11,381 nt of DNA, from positions 1-11,381 of the IMG/VR virus record IMGVR_UViG_2703718769_000013. The stretch is one strand, 5' to 3'. The notes beneath the pieces were generated by a model, which saw only the letters and a list, made by a program, of their open reading frames with translations, was not told the DNA's origin and searched no databases. Both the position numbers and the translations under genes were made by a program. Below are positions 6,306 through 11,381 of this stretch, piece by piece. This DNA is from a virus (lineage: Duplodnaviria > Heunggongvirae > Uroviricota > Caudoviricetes). Within the stretch, counting starts at the first letter, position 1, and the number at the start of each line of letters is the position of its first letter.

Positions 6306-6725
6306 TTAAGAGGCTTTTTGTTTTTTCTTTCGTGCTAACTCTTCGTAAATTGCATTGTACTTTTGTTTTTTCTCCTCAAGAGTTTTTAAAAGTTCATCTG
6401 TCTCACTGTCAGGGAGCTCGTCCAGAAGATCAATGATGATTTTTTGTCTTGGATTTAACTCCTGATAGAAACGTACCTGTCCACTTTCTTCTGTATCCTC
6501 TCCCAAAAGATAGGTTGGTGTTGTTCCAATGAGTGTTGCTAATTCCCTTAATTTCTCTCGGCGAGGAATTGTTTCGCCATTAAACCATTTGCTAACCGCT
6601 TTTGGTGTTAATTTCATTCGACGGGCAATTTCTGCCTGCCTTCCATGTTGTTCATAACCAGCGTTTTCACAGGCTAGCGCAAGCCTACTGGCGAACTCTT
6701 TACGCGCTTTATCTTCATGAACCAT
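6306..6725 (-). CDS. dicA: DicA/cI-like XRE-family HTH repressor
   Basis: 139 aa. N-terminal HTH (GRQAEIARRMKLTPKAVSKWFNGETIP) and acidic C-terminal LLDELPDSETDELLKTLEEKK... resembling the DicA C-terminus as recalled. Divergent from the Cro-like gene and upstream of the dicB operon. No Shine-Dalgarno before the ATG; a -10-like TATCAT lies 8-13 nt upstream, which suggests a leaderless mRNA as for lambda cI. Confidence 0.8.
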   Translation of the reverse strand: MVHEDKARKEFASRLALACENAGYEQHGRQAEIARRMKLTPKAVSKWFNGETIPRREKLRELATLIGTTPTYLLGEDTEESGQVRFYQELNPRQKIIIDLLDELPDSETDELLKTLEEKKQKYNAIYEELARKKKQKAS

Positions 6726-6732
6726 AAGTTCA

Positions 6733-6785
6733 ATGATATTCGCTCTTGAATGTACTGTCAGTTCTGTTATAGAGTGTACTCAAAG
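6733..6785. promoter_or_regulatory. Divergent PRM/PR-like promoter-operator region between the repressor and the Cro-like gene
   Basis: Two TGTACT-core sites (cores at 6752-6755 and 6776-6779, 24 bp apart, the same spacing as two of the OL-like sites). Rightward candidate: TTGAAT (6746-6751), 16-bp spacer, TATAGA (6768-6773). Leftward candidate: CTGACA (6761-6756), 17-bp spacer, TATCAT (6738-6733). Confidence 0.45.
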
Positions 6786-6804
6786 TTCACATTGTGAGGG
6801 TGAT

Positions 6805-7059
6805 ATGAACCAGAAAACACTTGAAGATGTAATCAAAACTGTTCGCGTTTCTGTTGTGGCCGACGTTTGTGGTGTCAGCCAAAGAGCAATCTACAAATGG
6901 ATGGATAACGGAAAATTGCCTCGCACTGAATATACCGGCGAAACAAATTATGCTGAAAAAATCGCTCATGCATCAAACGGATTATTTTCTGCCGATGCAA
7001 TTTTAACTATTGGCAGAAATAAAACTACTACGAAAAAGCTGTTGGGAGTTGATTCATGA
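6805..7059 (+). CDS. Cro/DicC/YdaS-like small HTH regulator
   Basis: 84-aa protein from the ATG at 6805 (GAGGG Shine-Dalgarno). HTH region VADVCGVSQRAIYKWMDNGKLP typical of Cro/YdaS-type regulators. The upstream ATG at 6733 would leave only 7 bp between divergent genes. Stop overlaps the next start (ATGA at 7056-7059). Confidence 0.75.
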   Translation: MNQKTLEDVIKTVRVSVVADVCGVSQRAIYKWMDNGKLPRTEYTGETNYAEKIAHASNGLFSADAILTIGRNKTTTKKLLGVDS

Positions 7060-7481
7060 AAATCAAGCATGAGCACATCCGCATGGCGATGAATGCCTGG
7101 GCGCATCCGGACGGCGAAAAAGTTCCGGCAGCTGAAATAACCCGGGCTTATTTTGAACTGGGTATGACGTTTCCGGAACTGTACGACGATACTCATCCAG
7201 GCGCTCTGGGTCTTAATACCCAGAAGATTTTCCGCTGGGTAAAGAAAGATACTCCTGATGCCGTTGAAAAAATGCAGGCTCTGTTACCGGCGATCGAAAA
7301 GGCGATGCCGCCTTTGCTGGTGGCCCGTATGCGCAGCCACAGTTCTGAGTATTACCGTGAGATTGTCGAACGGAGGGATCGGTTGATGAAAGATGTCGAC
7401 GATTTTGTTGCGTCAGCGGTTGTTTTGTATGACCAGATGAATCGCGGCGGCCCGGCAGGAAATGCCGTGGTGATGCACTAA
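7056..7481 (+). CDS. YdaT-like protein (proposed CII-like regulator; historically annotated as a toxin)
   Basis: 141 aa, MKIKHEHI... N-terminus. Translationally coupled to the Cro-like gene; GGGAG Shine-Dalgarno. Same position as ydaT after ydaS in Rac-type prophages (family call from memory). Confidence 0.6.
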   Translation: MKIKHEHIRMAMNAWAHPDGEKVPAAEITRAYFELGMTFPELYDDTHPGALGLNTQKIFRWVKKDTPDAVEKMQALLPAIEKAMPPLLVARMRSHSSEYYREIVERRDRLMKDVDDFVASAVVLYDQMNRGGPAGNAVVMH

Positions 7482-7503
7482 AAGCACGGTGTTCGGGGGT
7501 TTT

Positions 7504-8472
7504 ATGAGCAGCAAGCTTCATGGTCTTGTCTGGGAAGGGTGCGCCTTCACCGGCATGATCTTATCCAGGGTGGCGGTTATGGCCCGTCTTGCAGACTACA
7601 GCAATGACGAGGGCGTGTCATGGCCTGCCATTGAAACTATCCGGCGTCAGATCGGTGCAAGAAGTGAATCCACCGTTAAATCTGCTATTGCAGAACTGGC
7701 GAAAGAGGGCTGGCTGACGAAGGAAGAGCGTAAGGTCGGTGGGCGTAACGTAAGCAATATCTATCGGCTTAATGTGGAAAAACTCGAAGCAGCTGCAACT
7801 GCGGCGCGTGAGGCATATAAACCGAAAAGAAAAATTATCCCGGCAAAAAATGACCCGTTAACAGTTAACCCGTCAAATATTGCCCCCTCAACGGTTGACC
7901 CGTCAAATGTTGATGGATCAACGGTTGATAAAAAACTGCGTATTAGGGGGGCGATGATTGACCCCGATCCGTCAGTATTAAAACCTGATCCGTCAGATAA
8001 AAGATCTTTTTGTCCGGACGTTTCACTGCCGGACGAAAAACGATCATCACCAGTTGAGCGATTTCTGGAGAAACACCCGGATGCGCATACCTGGAATGTA
8101 CCGAAGCGACAGTGGGGTACCCGTGAGGATGTCTCCTGTGCGCAGTGGATTTGGGGACGGGTTGTGGCGTTGTATGAACAGGCCGCCAGTGATGATGGTG
8201 AGGTGTCACGCCCCAGGGAACCTAACTGGACGACCTGGGCGAATGATGTGCGCATGATGCGTATGCTGGATGGACGTAGTCACCGACAGATTTGTGAAAT
8301 GTTTGGGCGTGTTCAACGGGATTCGTTCTGGGTAAAAAACATCATGAGTCCGGCAAAACTCCGGGAAAAATGGGATGAACTGGTTATTCGCCTGGGGCGT
8401 TCGCCCGCGCAGCGTTGCGTGAATCATATTTCTGAACCGGATACCGAAATTCCGCCGGGGTTCAGGGGGTAG
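7504..8472 (+). CDS. Replication initiation protein (lambda O analogue / replisome organiser) with N-terminal winged-helix domain
   Basis: About 322 aa from the ATG at 7504 (GGGGG upstream); the track starts at an in-frame GTG at 7489. N-terminal HTH-like region; internal DNA repeats that double as peptide repeats; located directly upstream of the DnaC-like loader. Confidence 0.65.
   Translation: MSSKLHGLVWEGCAFTGMILSRVAVMARLADYSNDEGVSWPAIETIRRQIGARSESTVKSAIAELAKEGWLTKEERKVGGRNVSNIYRLNVEKLEAAATAAREAYKPKRKIIPAKNDPLTVNPSNIAPSTVDPSNVDGSTVDKKLRIRGAMIDPDPSVLKPDPSDKRSFCPDVSLPDEKRSSPVERFLEKHPDAHTWNVPKRQWGTREDVSCAQWIWGRVVALYEQAASDDGEVSRPREPNWTTWANDVRMMRMLDGRSHRQICEMFGRVQRDSFWVKNIMSPAKLREKWDELVIRLGRSPAQRCVNHISEPDTEIPPGFRG
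7852..7999. repeat. Iteron-like direct repeats inside the O-like gene (candidate phage replication origin)
   Basis: Five copies of GAYCCGTYA (starting at 7852, 7867, 7897, 7966, 7987) plus two copies of near-palindromic TCAACGGTTGA (7888-7898, 7918-7928), followed by an A-rich stretch (7929-7937). This matches the lambda arrangement of the origin inside gene O. Confidence 0.5.
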
Positions 8473-8478
8473 CGCATC

Positions 8479-9219
8479 ATGAAAAACATTACGTCAGGTG
8501 GTGTTCTGGCAAGAGTCAGCAGATTTGTGCCGCAGGATGCAATCCATCCGTACCGTACGGTGTCGGAGTGGCGGGAATGGCAGCTTGCTGAAGGGCGTAA
8601 GCGAAGCGAGGAGGTTAATCGTCTGAATCATCAGACGCGGGTTGAAAAAATCATTAACCGCTCCGGTATCCAGCAGCTTCACCGGAAGTGTACGTTCGGT
8701 AACTACCGGGTGCAGAACGATGGTCAGCGCCATGCCCTGAGTCAGGCGAAATCCATTGCGGCAGAGCTGGAAGGCGGCTGTACGAATTTTGTTTTCAGTG
8801 GCAGGCCTGGCACAGGAAAAAACCACCTGGCGGCGGCTATTGGCAACCACCTTCTGGCGAAAGGTCGCAGTGTGATTGTGATAACAGTGGCGGATGTGAT
8901 GCTGGCGTTACATGGCAGCTACGACAACAAAAACTCGGGCGAAAAATTTTTGCAGGGATTGTGTGGCGTTGACCTGCTGGTACTGGATGAAATTGGCATG
9001 CAACGGGATACGCGTAATGAGCAGGTCACGCTGAATCAGATTGTTGACCGCAGAACGGCATCGTTACTCAGTGTGGGGATGCTGACAAATCTTAACCATG
9101 CAGCGATGAATACACTTCTCGGCGAGCGGGTGATGGACCGCATGTCCATGAACGGTGGTCGCTGGGTGACTTTTAACTGGGAGAGCTGGCGTCCGAACGT
9201 CAGCCAGCACAGGAACTGA
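8479..9219 (+). CDS. DnaC-like helicase loader (AAA+ ATPase, IstB/DnaC family)
   Basis: 246 aa with Walker [12 protein letters not shown] and Walker B LLVLDEIG; follows the O-like gene as in the lambda P / Rac ydaV position. Confidence 0.85.
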   Translation: MKNITSGGVLARVSRFVPQDAIHPYRTVSEWREWQLAEGRKRSEEVNRLNHQTRVEKIINRSGIQQLHRKCTFGNYRVQNDGQRHALSQAKSIAAELEGGCTNFVFSGRPGTGKNHLAAAIGNHLLAKGRSVIVITVADVMLALHGSYDNKNSGEKFLQGLCGVDLLVLDEIGMQRDTRNEQVTLNQIVDRRTASLLSVGMLTNLNHAAMNTLLGERVMDRMSMNGGRWVTFNWESWRPNVSQHRN

Positions 9220-9248
9220 GAAGTAATTTTTATCCGGAGGAAATTTTA

Positions 9249-9965
9249 ATGGAAACCGTATTTGACGCACTGAAAGCACTGAAAAGAGCCTCTTCACAGG
9301 TAGTGGCATCGCGCCTTGGAATCAGCCGTGAAGATGCGGTCAACGAACTGTGGAAACTGAAGCGCCGCGGTGAAGCGGATAACAAGGGGTCGATGTGGTG
9401 GCTGACTCAGGCTGGTGAAAGTGAACCGGTGTCACCGGTACCGAAAGTGACTGCGCAAATGCTGACAGAGGCGATTGAACAACATGGCCCACAAACGGCG
9501 GATGAACTGGCACTGATGTTCGGAATTACCTCCCGCCGGGCGAATTCATCGCTGGCGATGGCAATCAGCAAAGGGCGTCTGATTCGCGTGAATCAGGGCG
9601 GTAAATTTCGTTACTGCATACCGGGCGCTGATTTACCGGCAGAGCCGGAAGCTGCATCCGTAGCGGAAACGGATGGTAAAGCCTTTCCTCAGCCAGCAGG
9701 TGTTGCGTTACCAGTCCGGGAAGCGGAAACACAGGAAGAAATGAAAACAGAAATCGTGGAAGACATTGTGAAGTTACAGCCATCGATCACCGAAACGAAA
9801 GCAGATGACCTGATTCTACCATCGCTGCATGTGGCTAACCGCGAGCTGCGCCGGGCGAAAAGTGATGTCCAGAAGTGGGAGCGTGTCTGTGCTGCGCTGC
9901 GGGAACTGAACAAACACAGGGATATTCTCCGGGATATTACCACCACCAGAGAGCAGCAGCGGTGA
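9249..9965 (+). CDS. Hypothetical phage protein with two N-terminal winged-helix-like repeats and a charged coiled C-terminus
   Basis: 238-aa ORF, GGAGG Shine-Dalgarno 8 nt before the ATG. Two similar ~50-aa segments each ending in a basic beta-hairpin-like motif. No family recognised with certainty. Confidence 0.55.
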   Translation: METVFDALKALKRASSQVVASRLGISREDAVNELWKLKRRGEADNKGSMWWLTQAGESEPVSPVPKVTAQMLTEAIEQHGPQTADELALMFGITSRRANSSLAMAISKGRLIRVNQGGKFRYCIPGADLPAEPEAASVAETDGKAFPQPAGVALPVREAETQEEMKTEIVEDIVKLQPSITETKADDLILPSLHVANRELRRAKSDVQKWERVCAALRELNKHRDILRDITTTREQQR

Positions 9966-10279
9966 GTGGCTGGAAGACGTGGTGCCGGGCGGAAATCCTG
10001 ATACTCCGGCAGTGTGCGGGAACAATGACGGTGGAATGCATCGGGATGCTTATTGGTCGTAGTGAGGCTGCGGTCAGAACGAAAGCGCGGGAACTGGGTA
10101 TTAGTATGATGTTACGGGGTGATTATCACCAGTCAGCAAAATATCCGCAGAGTGATATTGAGCTGGCGCGACAGCAGCATCAGCGTGGCGTGTCGAGGAG
10201 AGAAATCGCCAGAAAATTCGGAATGCCGTTGCGCACAGTGAATAACTACGTTTATTTCGACAGGAGGGTGTCTGCGTGA
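9962..10279 (+). CDS. Small DNA-binding protein with tandem HTH repeats (GcrA-N-terminal-like pattern)
   Basis: GTG at 9962 overlaps the upstream stop (GTGA). Two repeats of the pattern W-x2-W/E-x3-L-x5-G-x-(T/S)-x2-E-I-(A/G)-x2-(F/I)-G-R-S-x2-AV ([42 protein letters not shown] and [32 protein letters not shown]). The ATG at 10025 is an alternative start; the track start at 9875 overlaps too deeply. Confidence 0.5.
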   Translation: MSGWKTWCRAEILILRQCAGTMTVECIGMLIGRSEAAVRTKARELGISMMLRGDYHQSAKYPQSDIELARQQHQRGVSRREIARKFGMPLRTVNNYVYFDRRVSA

Positions 10280-10503
10280 AAATCCTGTATCAGGATTACG
10301 GCCCGGTGGGGCAGGTGCTTATCAGCAGTACTGTAATGGAGTTCCGGAAGCATAACCGTGTGGTGGATTCTGTGCTGTTAACCTGTCCGGGGATATCGGC
10401 GAGTCGTGCAGGTGTGTTTATTATGAAGACGAAATTATATGGCAGTAAGGCGTGGATAAAGAAGGCGTATCGTGTAGCGTTGCAGGAGGTTAACAGTGAG
10501 TGA
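10276..10503 (+). CDS. Hypothetical small protein (75 aa)
   Basis: GTG start overlapping the upstream stop, preceded by AGGAGG at 10263-10268 (7-nt spacer). No recognisable family. Confidence 0.45.
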   Translation: MKILYQDYGPVGQVLISSTVMEFRKHNRVVDSVLLTCPGISASRAGVFIMKTKLYGSKAWIKKAYRVALQEVNSE

Positions 10504-10807
10504 AATTAAAGAAATGCCGGTAGTTCGTGACGAATATGGCTACTGGACACATCCTGAATATGAAAAATTCTGTGATGGTCGGGAGAATATTTCAACGGAA
10601 GAATTTAACGCGTGGATGGAGGCAAATAATCTTCAGTGGACTATCTGCACTATGGATGAAGATGATTTTAACCTGGACGCAGATGGCCCTGATATTTCAG
10701 CATGGGAACCGGAACGACCAGAGGGCGATGGCTGGTTTATTGGTTCCATTCATGATACGGAAGATGGCCCGGTTTGTGTCTGGTTGCGAAATAAGGCTGA
10801 AGCATAA
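10496..10807 (+). CDS. Hypothetical acidic phage protein (103 aa)
   Basis: GTG at 10496 with strong AGGAGG Shine-Dalgarno (10484-10489, 6-nt spacer), overlapping the previous gene by 8 nt. Very acidic, Trp-rich sequence typical of small nin-region phage proteins. Confidence 0.6.
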   Translation: MSEIKEMPVVRDEYGYWTHPEYEKFCDGRENISTEEFNAWMEANNLQWTICTMDEDDFNLDADGPDISAWEPERPEGDGWFIGSIHDTEDGPVCVWLRNKAEA

Positions 10808-11153
10808 AGGCGATAAACCAACTAACAACTAAATACTGAAGATTTAAATCAGAAACGATTTTTATTAAATCCTTAACCGGAGGGATTCCTGCACCCTCAG
10901 AATATCAGGAGGCCGCCCGAAAGGGCGGTAAGAAATGAAACATTATTTAGAAAAAATTACCCACGAAAGAGCAGAACAACAGAGTTTCTGTTTTTCATTC
11001 TGTTTATAGTGTTGATGATACCGATATCCCCGCTATTACTGGTCTGGATAATTGGAAGGACATTTGAACCAGTTATTGAGCTATATACCGATGTGACATG
11101 GGAATCATTCAGCGCACTGCACAATAAAATTAATCCGTATAAGGAAAACTGAT

Positions 11154-11381
11154 ATGAGCACTATTACCAGAGAACGCGCGGAGATTAAATCATACATCAC
11201 AGGCTTCCTGAGCGACTCGGCGCACGATAACAAGTCTTCAGACAGCCTGCTGGCTAATGTGTTTCGTATCGCGCTGGCATCACTGGAAGCAGAGCCGATA
11301 GCAATGGTAGTGCCTGATGAAATGGATTTGCTTACCTGCCATCTCGACGGTGTAACTAAAACATATGCTGATGGCTGGAAC
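11154..11381 (+). CDS. Hypothetical protein, 3'-truncated by the window end
   Basis: ATG at 11154 preceded by AAGGA; open frame MSTITRERAEIKSYITGFLSD... runs to the last base of the window. Confidence 0.5.
   Translation, partial: MSTITRERAEIKSYITGFLSDSAHDNKSSDSLLANVFRIALASLEAEPIAMVVPDEMDLLTCHLDGVTKTYADGWN

Noticed and set aside
6251-6436. 61-aa plus-strand ORF
   Set aside because: Overlaps the 3' end of the repressor gene on the opposite strand; no ribosome-binding site.
6733-6804. ATG at 6733 as start of the Cro-like gene (108-aa form)
   Set aside because: Would leave only 7 bp between divergent genes and would encode the operator region; the ATG at 6805 has a proper Shine-Dalgarno.
6787-8850. 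Minus-strand ORFs of 60-164 aa opposite the Cro-like, YdaT-like, O-like and DnaC-like genes
   Set aside because: Antisense to genes with clear motifs and ribosome-binding sites; His/Arg/Pro-rich translations.
9064-10025. Minus-strand ORFs of 69-85 aa, and the GTG 9875 start of the HTH gene
   Set aside because: Antisense or deeply overlapping the 238-aa gene; the GTG at 9962 (GTGA coupling) explains the reading frame without a 90-nt overlap.
10527-10832. 101-aa plus-strand ORF in an alternative frame
   Set aside because: Entirely inside the 10496-10807 gene, which has a strong AGGAGG ribosome-binding site; the alternative has none.
10913-10928. GNRA hairpin as an intrinsic terminator
   Set aside because: No downstream U-tract; kept only as a possible structural or translational element.
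1-11381. CRISPR arrays, tRNA/rRNA genes, IS elements or transposases
   Set aside because: No spacer-repeat periodicity, no cloverleaf-like tRNA candidates, no transposase-like ORF or terminal inverted repeats seen; the IS2 copy that interrupts this region in K-12 Qin (as I recall) is absent here.

Overview
This window reads as the early (left-arm) region of an integrated lambdoid prophage of the E. coli Qin/Rac type; all calls are from reading the sequence and from recalled protein families, with no database search run. Gene order, left to right: int and xis (minus strand), a large RecE-like exonuclease with a C-terminal DEDDh domain, the ydfD-dicB-dicF host-killing and division-inhibition module, an insertion of about 0.9 kb, ydfC-ydfB-ydfA, an operator cluster, a DicA/cI-like repressor, a divergent promoter region, then on the plus strand a Cro-like regulator, a YdaT-like protein, an O-like replication initiator with internal iterons, a DnaC-like helicase loader and several small overlapping nin-region-like genes. 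The most interesting feature is the insertion between ydfC and dicF (about 4593-5476): a GC-rich segment full of inverted repeats followed by an AT-rich, opposite-strand gene for a 148-aa two-transmembrane protein with its own -10 element. This looks like a moron sitting inside the repressor-controlled dicB operon and is a candidate superinfection-exclusion or abortive-infection effector, but that is inference. No rRNA, tRNA, CRISPR array or transposase was seen. The window starts exactly at the int stop codon, so the attachment site lies just outside it.
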